Under the pieces are notes generated by a model. It was not told the DNA's origin, did no database searches, and saw nothing but the letters and a program-made list of their open reading frames with translations. A stretch of 64,000 nucleotides of DNA from Ostreococcus lucimarinus (Eukaryota). The position numbers were made by a program, and so were the translations under genes. The stretch is taken from assembly GCA_000092065.1 (NCBI GenBank), contig CP000597.1; one strand, written 5' to 3'. Shown here in pieces: positions 50,236 to 60,201 of this stretch (position 1 is the first letter of the stretch; every line of letters begins with the position of its first letter).

Positions 50236-50383
50236 GCGACGCGAGAGGGAGAGATTTTACGCGACGCGCGTCGGCGAATCGCGACGACGACGACGGCGCG
50301 GTAGCTTTAGCTTTTGCTTTTTAGAGTTTGCAAACGATGCGGAATCGGAATCGGACACGCGACGGCGCATCGCGACGCGCGCC

Positions 50384-52267
50384 ATGCCGTGGTTCGCGCG
50401 CGAGCGCGCGATCGAGATGGACGAAGATCTGCGTCGACGCGTCGTCGAGGATCCGGCGTTCGCGCTCGCGATGCCGCTCGAGGACGTCGCGCGCGTCGAA
50501 TCGGCCGCGGCCGAGCGCGAAGGTCAATTGTCGCTCGCGAACGGCGAGTGCGCGTACGCGGCGGCGTTCTACGGGCTGGCGCTGCGCGCGCTGGCGCTCG
50601 ATCGCGCGCGCGCGCCGATGGACGCGAGCGCGCGACGAAGGAAACGGATCGAGCTGCGGTTGAGGCTCGGGGACGCGCGCGCGGGGGCGAACGAGCCGGG
50701 ACGCGCGTGCGGCGCGTACGCGGCGGCGCTGCGAGGGCTCGGGTTGATCGCGAAGAAGCGCGCGACGCGCGAGGGCGAAGAGAATGAACCCGAGGGTGTG
50801 CTCGGGCGAGAGCGAAGGGACGGCGAGGAGTGCGAGGAGACGTACGATGACGGGGGGGACGAGGAGACGTTTGCGAAGGAGAAGCCGCGAATCGCGGCGG
50901 CGTTCTTGCGCAAGGCGAACGAGAGCTCGAGTAAGGCGTCGATCAAGGGATTGGTGGACGGAGAGGTGATGTTTCGCATCGGTCGCGCGTGTCAAATGGC
51001 GGGGAGGTATAATCGCGCGTTGTTGGCGTACGAGACGGCGCTCGTATTGCAACCCGACGGGCCGCGAGACGCGAGCGCGACGCAGGTGTACTTGGCGTGC
51101 GGAGAGATGTATTTGAGCTTGCAGATGGCGGATTACGCGCTGGAATGTTTTAGAAAAGTCATGAAACGACCGATGGAGGCATCGCTCGGGACTGGGGATG
51201 TTTTGTGCGAAATCGCGTCGTGTTATAGAGTATTACGCTTGCCCGAGGAGGAGTCTCGGTGCATGAAGTCGGTGTGTTCCGATCCTTTGCACAAGCCGAT
51301 TCGTACCACGAACGTCATCAGGGTGGCGTGGTACCGGTACGAGCGAGATAAAGACGCCGCGCGAGCGCTTCGCGAGCTCACTGAAGCGAATGTGGTGAAG
51401 AAAACGTCCGAAGGCTTGTACACGAAGGGGCGCGTGCACGCCGAGACGGGGAATTTCGACGCCGCGGACGCGTGCTACGTCGAGGCGTGCAAGATGGAAC
51501 CCACGAGCCCGAAGATTTGGCTCGAGATTGGAAATCTGTATTTGAATGGATTCCAGATCCCCACCATAGCGGTCAAGGCGTACGGGCGCGCGAAAGAACT
51601 GGCGACGTTCATGCAACTGCAGGAGGACGCGTTGCACGCCGCGCGCGGGTACGGGTGCGTGTCCGAGGGACAGACGAAATTCGCCGACAGTTCCGAGGTG
51701 ACGGCGACGCACGAAAACGCCGTCATCGGCCGTGGCGATGCATTCACCGAGTTAGGCCAAGTGAGCTCGGCGCTTCGTGAATACGAACAAGTTCCCGAAA
51801 CCGGTCGCGTGCAAATTCGAAAGATGAAAATTATGATTTGGGCCGTCGTCGCCTTGCAACGCGCCTACCGAAGGCACAAGGCGCGTATGAACGCCGAAAT
51901 TGCGAGTGGCATTCGTCGACCCGCGTTACTTCCAGCGGCGCGACCGCAGGAGGCGAGACCAAAGATATCTGAAGCGTTGCTTGCCAAACGCGCAAACCGA
52001 CCAAAGACAGAGGTCAAGCCGGCGAAGAACAAATACGAGACGATCACTCGCCAAATCACTCGCACAGCGACGCCGCGCGATCGCGCGCCGATGGACATGC
52101 TGAAAGATTTCACCATCAAACCGGCGAAGAATTACGTCAGCCCGAACGCGTCGCCCGCGACAAAGCGGAAGACGAAAGGCGTCGGTCTCTTCGACTTTTC
52201 TCGCGCCGAGCAAAAGACCCCCATCGCGACGGCGCCGTCCAGCGGACGCACATCCCTCTTCAAATGA
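50384..52267 (+). CDS. TPR-repeat protein with C-terminal IQ calmodulin-binding motif (possible ciliary/flagellar-associated)
   Basis: Several TPR-like helical repeats (GRACQMAGRYNRALLAYETALVLQP; GRVHAETGNFDAADACYVEACKMEPTSPKIWLEIGNLY) and an IQ motif (IWAVVALQRAYRRHKARM). ATG at 50384. Confidence 0.5.
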   Translation: MPWFARERAIEMDEDLRRRVVEDPAFALAMPLEDVARVESAAAEREGQLSLANGECAYAAAFYGLALRALALDRARAPMDASARRRKRIELRLRLGDARAGANEPGRACGAYAAALRGLGLIAKKRATREGEENEPEGVLGRERRDGEECEETYDDGGDEETFAKEKPRIAAAFLRKANESSSKASIKGLVDGEVMFRIGRACQMAGRYNRALLAYETALVLQPDGPRDASATQVYLACGEMYLSLQMADYALECFRKVMKRPMEASLGTGDVLCEIASCYRVLRLPEEESRCMKSVCSDPLHKPIRTTNVIRVAWYRYERDKDAARALRELTEANVVKKTSEGLYTKGRVHAETGNFDAADACYVEACKMEPTSPKIWLEIGNLYLNGFQIPTIAVKAYGRAKELATFMQLQEDALHAARGYGCVSEGQTKFADSSEVTATHENAVIGRGDAFTELGQVSSALREYEQVPETGRVQIRKMKIMIWAVVALQRAYRRHKARMNAEIASGIRRPALLPAARPQEARPKISEALLAKRANRPKTEVKPAKNKYETITRQITRTATPRDRAPMDMLKDFTIKPAKNYVSPNASPATKRKTKGVGLFDFSRAEQKTPIATAPSSGRTSLFK

Positions 52268-52322
52268 GAACGATTCCCATCGCATTAGATTCTGTGCATT
52301 AGGTACAATAATTGTTGTAACG

Positions 52323-53249
52323 TTACAAAGTGGAGGCGACGTGCGCCACGAGGTACAGAAACGCGTCCGCATGCCGCAGCGCCTCGTACGTTTGCTCTAA
52401 ATCAAAATCTAACCCAACCTCGACGCCTTGCGCGAGCACGATTTCAACGGCGTCTACGTCCACACCGAATGCGCGCAACGCGTCCCCCACCGTCGTCCCT
52501 CGCCGCTCAACGCTCGCCGGCGCGCTCGCGAACGTCGCGTTCGCGAAATCGTCGCCTCGCGTCTCGTACACTCGCACGGGCACCACCGCTCGCTTCCTCC
52601 CCTCTCGCACCGCGTCCCCTACTTTCTCCGCCCTGCGCAGCGTGTCTGCGTCCCCGCGCACCACCGCGTCCCACATCGCATCCGCGTCCTCGCTCGACAT
52701 CGTCATCGCCCTCGCCGCGCTCGCCCGCGTGGCGTACGTCGCCTCCTTCAACCCGTTGAAAAACGCGTGTCGACACTCCCGCTCCATTCGCCCCCAACCG
52801 TCGTCCGCCGCGGCGTCCGATGCGTCCAATCGCTCTCTCCCGTTCACCGCGCGCAGCGCGACGCCGTAGACGTCGTCCGAGCGACGTCTCGCGCCGTCCG
52901 CGCACGTCCCGACCGCCGTCCCGAGCGCCAACGCCCGACCGTCGCCCTCGCCGCCGTCCCATCGCGCCTCGAGCGCGTCGAAGTCCTCGGTCACGCGCAA
53001 GAGTTTCGTCAGCGCGCTTCGCGCGCGCGCCGTGGCGAGAAACGCGCCGAGCGGCGCGCAGCGCGGCGCGCGAACGAGCGTGGACTCGCCATCGTGGGAC
53101 AATCGAATCGTCACCTGCGCGGCGCGCGCGACGCGCGTCGACCGTCGTCAGTCGCGGCGCGAGCTCGAGCGAGGGTCGCGCGACGCGCCGGCGCGATCGA
53201 GCGGACGTACGGCGCCCGACAGCGCGTCCACGCGGTCTTGGAGCGTCAT
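52323..53249 (-). CDS. ATG5: Autophagy protein ATG5, two exons: complement(join(52323..53114,53211..53249))
   Basis: The C-terminus matches ATG5 (IVLAQGVEVGLDFDLEQTYEALRHADAFLYLV vs human [30 protein letters not shown]). The central RHAFFNGLKEAT ... PVRVY matches EAHFMSCMKEAD ... PFRIY. The tool ORF starts at a GTG and lacks a Met. Exon 1 (ATG 53249) encodes MTLQDRVDALSGA (human: MTDDKDVLRDVWFG). Donor GCC|GTACGT at 53210, branch GCGACTGACGACG at 53152-53147, acceptor CGCGCAG at 53115. Confidence 0.5.
53115..53210 (-). other. Spliceosomal intron 1 of ATG5 (96 nt, phase 0)
   Basis: Canonical GTACGT donor; ACTGACGA branch 32 nt upstream of the CAG acceptor. The acceptor abuts the GTG codon that the ORF track mistook for a start. 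Confidence 0.5.
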
Positions 53250-53312
53250 TCAGTGACGATCGCGCTTCGCGCCGTCGCGGCGCGAAAACGACGCCGGCGA
53301 TCGCGAAGCGCC

Positions 53313-54932
53313 ATGGATGGCTTGCGCGCGCGCTCGCCCTCGGTCGCCGCGCGCGCGTTCGAGCGAAGCGACGGTCGGGACGACGCGACGTCGTCGGGGA
53401 CGATTGAATTTGCACTTTTTGAATGCAAAAGGATTACGCGCGGAAACGCCGCGATGCAGCGCGCGCGCGCGTCGGCGTCGAGCGCGGTGGTCGATGATTA
53501 CGTCGCGTATCTCGGCGGTGCGGTGTGGACGATGGATTGGCTCGCGCGCGCGAAGACGGCGGACGCGCGCGAAGGCGAAGGCGGCGGTTGGTTGGCGGCG
53601 GCGGCGCGAGGCGCGGGACATCACGCGCACGCCGTGCGCGACGTCGGCGCGTGCCGAGGAACGGGAATGGTGCAAGTGTGGCGCGTGGAGACGGGAAGGG
53701 GGGCGAACGGGACGGTGATGGTGAAAGGGCTGACGCACGCGGGGGGGTGCGCTTTGGACGTAAAGTGGTCGCCGACGATGGAATTTTTAGGAGATCGGGC
53801 GACGGATGACGCCGTGGGGGCGCTGGCGGTGAGCTCGGGCGATGGTGAGGTGAAGGTGTGCGTGGTGGAGGTGACGAAAGGGGGAGAGAACGGGGTGGTC
53901 GAAGAGGCGAAGGCGGAGTTCGTCGGCGTCGTGCCGAAAGAGTACGGGGCGCCGTGGCGGTTGGATTGGAACGCGGTCGTTCCGGGACGTCTCGCCGCGG
54001 GATGCACGAGTGGGCGAGTCGTCGTTTGGGATATTGACGAGAAATCGCTCGGTGGCGCGCCGACGTATCCGAAGTTTGTCGTAGCGGCGGCGGCGCAGGC
54101 GGGACCGTGTCGAGCCGTGCGATGGCCGCCGCGAGAGTTCGCCGAAGACGAGTCCGTGTGCGCGAACATCATCGCGTGTGGGAACGATTACGCGGTGAAG
54201 CCGCAGTTATTTGATCTGCGCGCGCCTTTCGCGCCGATCGGTGATGCGTACGAGCGAGGACAGCCGTGGACGCTCGACATGGCGTGGCTCCCCAGAGGCA
54301 CCCTCGTGGTGGGCTTTGAAACCTCCGATCGATCGTCGGGGAAGAAGAAAGGTGCGACGAAGATGCTGGTACAACAGTTTGATCTCACGGCGAATGCCTC
54401 GGACGATGGAGCGCGGCCTTCGACGCAGCACGCCGTGCCAGGGCGAGGCTCTCCCTGGAGCGTGGACGCTCGCGCGAGCTCGGATCCAACCTCCGCCGCC
54501 GCCATGGTCGCCTGTGCGTCGTCAAATGGCGTCATATGTGTGTCTCCGATGCGATACGTGAGTAGAACCATTAAATCACGACCCGACGTGTTCGATACGT
54601 GCGCGGGAATGCTAGCGTATGACGCGGCGACGAATCGCGTCGCGGATGCCAACCCGGTGACGCCGCCAGAGTGCTTCGACTTCATCACCTCGAGCGAGCA
54701 GGTCAGCTTGAAGGGCGGGACGGATTTGTTTCCCACCGATCGTGCGGCGATGCCAGGGACGCGAGAAACACCGACGACTGCACAACATTGCGTGCGATGG
54801 TCGAAGGATGAGAGCGGCGGTTGGTGGCTCGCGAGCGCGGGCGAAGCCGGCTTCTTGCGATTGCAAAGGTTCGACGGGAAGTGGGTGGAAGATAAAATAG
54901 CCAAACTCGAGCGCGCGCATCGGGGCGATTGA
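53313..54932 (+). CDS. Hypothetical WD40/beta-propeller-like protein
   Basis: 539-aa ORF from ATG 53313; the tool ORF begins inside the ATG5 locus. Repeated Gly/Val/Trp-containing strands (VQVWRVETG...; GRVVVWDIDEKS; WSVD) suggest a propeller. I did not recognise a family. Confidence 0.4.
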   Translation: MDGLRARSPSVAARAFERSDGRDDATSSGTIEFALFECKRITRGNAAMQRARASASSAVVDDYVAYLGGAVWTMDWLARAKTADAREGEGGGWLAAAARGAGHHAHAVRDVGACRGTGMVQVWRVETGRGANGTVMVKGLTHAGGCALDVKWSPTMEFLGDRATDDAVGALAVSSGDGEVKVCVVEVTKGGENGVVEEAKAEFVGVVPKEYGAPWRLDWNAVVPGRLAAGCTSGRVVVWDIDEKSLGGAPTYPKFVVAAAAQAGPCRAVRWPPREFAEDESVCANIIACGNDYAVKPQLFDLRAPFAPIGDAYERGQPWTLDMAWLPRGTLVVGFETSDRSSGKKKGATKMLVQQFDLTANASDDGARPSTQHAVPGRGSPWSVDARASSDPTSAAAMVACASSNGVICVSPMRYVSRTIKSRPDVFDTCAGMLAYDAATNRVADANPVTPPECFDFITSSEQVSLKGGTDLFPTDRAAMPGTRETPTTAQHCVRWSKDESGGWWLASAGEAGFLRLQRFDGKWVEDKIAKLERAHRGD

Positions 54933-55023
54933 ACGCACGAACGACGCGCCTAGCACTTGATATCACCTAGCACAACAAATTCTTTCTACTTTGAAACGAC
55001 ACGCGCTGAAGCTCGTGCAGTCT

Positions 55024-55974
55024 TTATCTCAGGCCGAAATCTGCTAAAACCCCCCCTTCGTCGTCGTTCACGCCGACCGACACGCAATAATGCGCCATGA
55101 TGAGTTTCCACTCCTCGAACTCATCGAATAATTCTATTCGCTCGATTCGCGCGCGCTCGACGGGATCTAACCTCGCGTACACTTCGTTCATGTCGTACGC
55201 CTCGGCGCGCCGCCACGCGTTCCGCTCAAACCTCGCTCGAGCGCCCGCAACGCTCGGGGCGTCCCTGATACCGGCGAACGCACACCCACGACTCTCAACG
55301 TTGCGCACCATCTGTCGTCCGAACGCATCGTCGGGCTCGATGGGATCGTACGAGATGAACGCCCCTCGCTCGACGCGTTCGCCGAAAAATCTAACCACCT
55401 CGTCCGACTTCCCCGGCGGCAAATACGCCAACACGCACTCCGCGATCACGAGCGTGGGCGCGGACCAATCCAATTTTACCTCCTCAAAAATCCGCGCCAG
55501 CGCCTCCCCGTCTCGCACGTCGCACGCCCGCAAATCGTACACCTCCGACGCCGCCGCCGCCGCCGTCCCCGCGCTCGCCTCGCTCCTCGCTCGCCTCTCC
55601 TTCGTCACCTCCTCGTGATCCACCTCCACGACCCGCGCGTTCGCCCACCGTTCCATCACATAAAATCCGATCGTGTCGTACCCGCATCCCACGTTCACGA
55701 CGTTGAACCGTCCATCGCCGACCGCGCTTCCGAACGCGTCGCTCAGCGCCCGCGTCGCCGTCGACCGCGCCCAGTACCCTCTGTGCACCAGCGGCGCGTG
55801 CCTCGCGCCGCTCGCGCCCGTCTCGCGCGCGAACGCCTCGACGTGCGCGTCGTCGACGTAGCCGAGTCGCGCGATGTCCCTGCGCGCGAGAGAGCGCGTC
55901 AGCGCGCGTCGAATCGTCGCCGCTTCGAGCTCGCGAATTCGCTTCGTCGACGCACCGCTTCGCGCGCGCGGCAT
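55024..55974 (-). CDS. Leucine carboxyl methyltransferase (LCMT1/PPM1-type, PP2A methyltransferase family)
   Basis: VVNVGCGYDT, VVEVDHEEV and LVIAECVLAYLP match PF04072 motifs. ATG at 55974. Confidence 0.7.
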   Translation of the reverse strand: MPRARSGASTKRIRELEAATIRRALTRSLARRDIARLGYVDDAHVEAFARETGASGARHAPLVHRGYWARSTATRALSDAFGSAVGDGRFNVVNVGCGYDTIGFYVMERWANARVVEVDHEEVTKERRARSEASAGTAAAAASEVYDLRACDVRDGEALARIFEEVKLDWSAPTLVIAECVLAYLPPGKSDEVVRFFGERVERGAFISYDPIEPDDAFGRQMVRNVESRGCAFAGIRDAPSVAGARARFERNAWRRAEAYDMNEVYARLDPVERARIERIELFDEFEEWKLIMAHYCVSVGVNDDEGGVLADFGLR

Positions 55975-56110
55975 CGCTCGCCGTCTCGATCACGCCGCGC
56001 GCGTCGTCGCCGTCGTCGCGGGGCATCCGCGCCGGCGCGCGCGGCGTCGCGGCGCGCGCGCGGCGTCGCGGCGCGACGACGCGACGACGAGTGCCGCACA
56101 CGACGACGCG

Positions 56111-57382
56111 ATGGCGACGACGACGCGCGCGGCGACGGCGACGGCGCGCGCGACGGCTCGGACGCCGGCGACGGCGCGCGGGCGACGGCGCGCGGCGCGC
56201 GGCGCGCGCGCGGCGGCGCGCGCGCGGCGCGAGGGCGACGCGCGCGCGGAGGTCGAGGTCGAGGTTCGCGCGCGGGGACGGCGCGCGCGCGGCGCGAGGA
56301 CGGCGCGCGGGGACGCGCGCGCGGCGTCGAACGACGCGCGAGCGTTGGCGCGCGACGTGACGTGCGGCGCGGGCGCGAACGATGGCGCGCGGCGACGCGA
56401 GCGGAAGCCTCCGGCGGCGCAGCGCGCGCTGACGAAGTTTTTGGAACTCCCGGCGGTGCCGATCGGGTCGTTCGTGAGCTCGCCCACGTCGCCGTTGCAC
56501 AGGATGGACGCGAGGGTGAAGCAAGCGTGGTTGGCGGCGCTGTTGCTGCTTCCGGCGAGCGGAAGCGTGGATGATAAGATTGCGACGTGCGCGTTGTTGA
56601 CGGCGACGACTGTGGCGGCGTTGCCGCGGAGAGTGTGGAGACCGCAGTTGCAGTCGTTGATGACGGTTTGCGCGGTGTTTTTCGTCGCGGTGGCGATCGG
56701 AGCGGATTCCGTGGCGCCCGTGGTGTCGACCAGGGAGCCTCCGGCGAGTTTAGAGGGGTTGGAGGGGTTACCCGAGCTCGCGAGCTCGTACAAGTACGTG
56801 TTGTTTCATCTCGGGCCGCTACAGCTGACGAGGAAAGGGATCAATTTAGCTGTGACGTCGTCGGCGATGACGTTTACGGTGTTACAAAGCGCGCATTTAG
56901 CGCTGTGTGTGACGACGCCGGAGGCCATGGCGGCTGGGTTGCGCTGGTATCTCGCGCCGCTTCGCGCGCTTCGCGTGCCCGTGGAGGAGGTAATTTTCAC
57001 CCTGTTGCTATCGCTTCGCTTCACCTCGATCGTTTTCGAGGAAGTGCGGAATCTGAGCTTAGGATTAGCGGCGCGTGACATCGACTGGCGCGCGCTCGGG
57101 TGGCGCGGAAGCGTAGATTTATCGGGGCGATTGTTGGAACGGCTTTTAGACTCGCTCTTCGCCAACTCGGCGGCGATTAGCGACGCCGTGATATCGAGAG
57201 GGTACAAAGACGCAGCGAGCCATCGATTGATGTTGAGTGGCCGCACGAGTCCGGGTTTAGTCGAGAACGTCGTCGGCATCGTCGTTCTCGTGGCGTTCGT
57301 CGCACACTTCAACGAAGAGGCAATCGTGTGGTCGCTGGACGCGTTCAACACAGCCAACCGGCACGCGCTCGGGCGAGGTTAG
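56111..57382 (+). CDS. Energy-coupling-factor transporter transmembrane (T) component, EcfT/CbiQ family, plastid-type
   Basis: The C-terminal 290 aa have the CbiQ topology and the conserved LDARVK (lDPRvK-like) N-cap, and ISRGY near the C-terminus. An Arg/Ala/Thr-rich transit-like N-terminus starts at ATG 56111. The tool ORF begins inside the LCMT gene. Confidence 0.6.
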   Translation: MATTTRAATATARATARTPATARGRRRAARGARAAARARREGDARAEVEVEVRARGRRARGARTARGDARAASNDARALARDVTCGAGANDGARRRERKPPAAQRALTKFLELPAVPIGSFVSSPTSPLHRMDARVKQAWLAALLLLPASGSVDDKIATCALLTATTVAALPRRVWRPQLQSLMTVCAVFFVAVAIGADSVAPVVSTREPPASLEGLEGLPELASSYKYVLFHLGPLQLTRKGINLAVTSSAMTFTVLQSAHLALCVTTPEAMAAGLRWYLAPLRALRVPVEEVIFTLLLSLRFTSIVFEEVRNLSLGLAARDIDWRALGWRGSVDLSGRLLERLLDSLFANSAAISDAVISRGYKDAASHRLMLSGRTSPGLVENVVGIVVLVAFVAHFNEEAIVWSLDAFNTANRHALGRG

Positions 57383-57461
57383 CACGGAGTGGTTGGTAGT
57401 CGCTTGTTGTTAAATTAAAACATATGTTGTAATGAGAAATAAATACAGCGTGCGCCTTCAT

Positions 57462-59039
57462 TTAAAACTTGCGGGTGCCGATTTCCGGCTCATCGTCGCC
57501 GACGGATTCGGTTTCTGAGGGTTTTTCTTCGGCGACGGCTTCAACCACCGCGGCAGGGGTTTCCACCTCTTGCGGTACCACTACCGGGAGCTCGGCGGCG
57601 CGCGGGAGTTCTTGACCATCGAATGGCTTGGAAAAGACCATGGTCTTCGAAACCCACGCCGTGGCGGTGGCTTCGTGACGCAAACCGGCTTCTTCAAAGA
57701 GCTCGACCAAGTTCGTCACCGCATAATCCTTGTAGTACGGTTCATGGTTGAACGCAGGGAAACGATCGAGGGCGAGCTCGAACGCGCCTTCCATCCCATT
57801 TTCTTTACCATCGCCAATTTGCACGCTATCGACGAAGAAAAGCTTGCCGCCCGGCTTCAACACGCGCGCCATTTCCTTGGCCACCGTCATGCGAACCGCG
57901 CGCGGAAGCTCGTGGAAGAGGTAGACGTTGGTGATCATGTCGAATTCGTTGTCCTCGAGAGGCATGTCTTCCGCGTTCGCTTCAACGAGGCGCAGGCTAC
58001 CGCCCTTGCCTTCGAAACGCTTGTTCAATTTGCGCGTGGACTCGAGGTAGTGCGGAGACAGCTCGAGCGCCGTACTTTGCAACTCGGGGTGGTTATCGCG
58101 CACGAAAGACAAAAAACGTCCGGTGCCAGACGCCACATCCAAGTGCTTCGTCGTGCTCGCGTCGCGATTGCGCATGAAATCAGCGATGTACGGCAACGCC
58201 CGACGACGCATGGCGTCGGCGGATCCCAAAAACAGCATCTCAACTTGGAAGTCGTACAATCGCGCGCTCTGCGCGCTCAACCACCCATCGGTTTGGTAGT
58301 GAAAGTTTTGTAAGTAATAGTCCGGATATCTCTTCGGATCGGCGACGTAAGTTTCGCGCAATTCTTGCCCCTTCTTCGCGTTTCTTCGCTCAGCGACGAC
58401 GCGTTGATCTCGCGCGTTCGCGTTCGCCAACGCGCTCACCGCCAAGGGATTCCACTGCGCCGCCGGCGCGGTGCTGGGATCCATATCATACGGAAACTTA
58501 TACGTCCCATTTTCGATGAACTCGCACTCGCGCTTGAACACGTCCAAAATCGCCCCCATGTGCTGTTCCAAAAATTCGCTCACCTCTTGCGCCTGCTCCT
58601 CCGACATATCGCTCCCATCCATCGTCTTCCGCACGATGGGCGTCGCCGACCCCGCGCTCGCGTTCCCATTCCCATCGTCACTCATCACCACTCTCGCCAC
58701 CGCCTGCGCGATCGCCCCGACGTCGATGTCTCGTCCATCCGTCCCGCGCGAGTTCCCCACGCCTTGGGACAGAAAAAACGCAAACCGAAGTCCCGCGCTC
58801 GAGGTGTACGCCGCGCGAAGCGCCGCCTTTTTCGCTTCCTCGGGCAGCGCGTCTTCGATGCGCGTTCGCAGGTCGTCCAGGAACGACAGCGGGTTCGCGC
58901 GCGACGCCGGCGCGCTCGTATCGAGCGCGGATGTTTTCACGCCACGACGCATCGGCGCCGCCGACGGCGTTCGCGACGTCGCGCGCGCGCGTCTTTGCGC
59001 TCGAGCGCACGCCGCGCGCGGTGCAGACGCGGTTGACAT
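57462..59039 (-). CDS. Class I SAM-dependent methyltransferase (type-11 / UbiE-COQ5-like), plastid-targeted
   Basis: Motif I LDVASGTGRF, a post-I acidic residue, and the FHELP motif. NFHYQTDGW is conserved in a plant plastid MT subfamily. First ATG at 59039 (MSTASAPRAAC... transit-like); the tool ORF starts at a GTG. Confidence 0.65.
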   Translation of the reverse strand: MSTASAPRAACARAQRRARATSRTPSAAPMRRGVKTSALDTSAPASRANPLSFLDDLRTRIEDALPEEAKKAALRAAYTSSAGLRFAFFLSQGVGNSRGTDGRDIDVGAIAQAVARVVMSDDGNGNASAGSATPIVRKTMDGSDMSEEQAQEVSEFLEQHMGAILDVFKRECEFIENGTYKFPYDMDPSTAPAAQWNPLAVSALANANARDQRVVAERRNAKKGQELRETYVADPKRYPDYYLQNFHYQTDGWLSAQSARLYDFQVEMLFLGSADAMRRRALPYIADFMRNRDASTTKHLDVASGTGRFLSFVRDNHPELQSTALELSPHYLESTRKLNKRFEGKGGSLRLVEANAEDMPLEDNEFDMITNVYLFHELPRAVRMTVAKEMARVLKPGGKLFFVDSVQIGDGKENGMEGAFELALDRFPAFNHEPYYKDYAVTNLVELFEEAGLRHEATATAWVSKTMVFSKPFDGQELPRAAELPVVVPQEVETPAAVVEAVAEEKPSETESVGDDEPEIGTRKF

Positions 59040-59268
59040 CGCGCGCGACACGGTTCGTCGGTATCGCGCGACGCGAGCGCGCGGAGAAGTGTGGACACGG
59101 GACGAACGCGAGTGACGTCACATTTCAAGACCGCGCGGGGCGACGTCGAGCGCGACGGACATCGCGCGAAGAGACGGACATCGGGCGTCGATGACGCGGA
59201 AACGAACGTAAAACGTTGATATTAAACGATTCGTCGATGAATCGAGCGCGCGCGTTGGCGGTGGGCGC

Positions 59269-59790
59269 TCACGCCGCCGTCGCTTTGGCGCGCACGCGCT
59301 CGCGCCAGCCCACGAGCGCCGGACCGGGAATTTTCAACGCCTCCACGGTGTACGTCTTCTTCGATTTCGTCGACCGCTCGGAGTTTTCGCCGTCATCATT
59401 CGTTCGAACGCCGTCGTCGTCGTTTTCGTCGTCGTCGAACGAAAGACCGCGCTCGCACAACGTCGCCGCGTCCTCGTCGCGCGCGAACGTCACGAACGCG
59501 AAATCCTCTCCCTCCGGCACGTAACACCGCGTCACCTTCCCCCCGCGCACCGCTCTTTCGCACGCCTCGAGCACGTCCGACGCGTTTCTCTTACTCTCCG
59601 GCAAATCGTACGCCACGCACGGGTTCTTCAGCCGCGCGAACCGCTCCTGCCCGTCCTCCTCCATCGTCCACTCCGACTGCCACCCGTACTTCATCTGTCG
59701 ATACTCCGGCGTGTTCGGCTCGTCGATCGCGTACCCGGATCCCGCGATCTCGAAGAACGGGCCGAACGATCCCGCATCGCGTTCGCTCAT
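59269..59790 (-). CDS. Hypothetical protein with possible RRM-like fold
   Basis: 173-aa ORF with ATG at 59790. VTRCYVPEGEDFAFVTFARDEDAATLCE resembles an RNP-type beta-alpha-beta segment. Acidic C-terminus. Family not recognised. Confidence 0.35.
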   Translation of the reverse strand: MSERDAGSFGPFFEIAGSGYAIDEPNTPEYRQMKYGWQSEWTMEEDGQERFARLKNPCVAYDLPESKRNASDVLEACERAVRGGKVTRCYVPEGEDFAFVTFARDEDAATLCERGLSFDDDENDDDGVRTNDDGENSERSTKSKKTYTVEALKIPGPALVGWRERVRAKATAA

Positions 59791-59895
59791 GTCGTCGCGT
59801 CGTTCTCCTCCGTCGCGCGATTCTGACGTCGCATCGATTCGATTGTTCGCTCGAAACGCTCGCGTAACGCCCGCGCGCCACCCCGGTCGAAACCT

Positions 59896-59925
59896 AACTA
59901 TAAACTATAAACTATAAACTATAAA
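59896..59925. repeat. (CTATAAA)n microsatellite, about 4.5 units, in AT-rich island
   Basis: aactataaactataaactataaactataaact immediately upstream of the 79-bp direct repeats. Confidence 0.9.
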
Positions 59926-60132
59926 CTCGTCGAGTTTTCTACGTATTCACCGTGATTTAGATCTATTAGTGCCGAAATCGCGAAACCCGTTTTGTCCAGC
60001 CTGCACACTTACGCACAAACTTAGGGACTAAGAGCATCGCAATAACTTAAGTTCTCGTCGAGTTTTCTACGTATTCACCGTGATTTAGATCTATTAGTGC
60101 CGAAATCGCGAAACCCGTTTTGTCCAGCCTGC
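59926..60132. repeat. Two perfect 79-bp direct repeats (59926..60004 and 60054..60132) separated by a 49-bp AT-rich spacer (equivalent to 1.6 copies of a 128-bp unit)
   Basis: ctcgtcgagttttctacgtattcaccgtgatttagatctattagtgccgaaatcgcgaaacccgttttgtccagcctgc occurs twice, identically. It lies in the divergent 5' region between the minus-strand hypothetical gene (ATG 59790) and the plus-strand PRC-barrel gene (ATG 60202). Confidence 0.9.
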
Positions 60133-60201
60133 GCCCGGGCGCGCCGGCGACGCCGCGCGCATTGGACGCTGCGCGACGCATTACCGCGCGCGTCGCGCGT
60201 C

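Noticed and set aside
50300-50336. Polypyrimidine/AG (gcttttgctttttag) just upstream of the TPR gene as an intron acceptor.
   Set aside because: No ACTGAC branch. Only 148 nt separate the uL23 stop from the TPR ATG. More plausibly this is a T-rich uL23 3'UTR / TPR promoter element.
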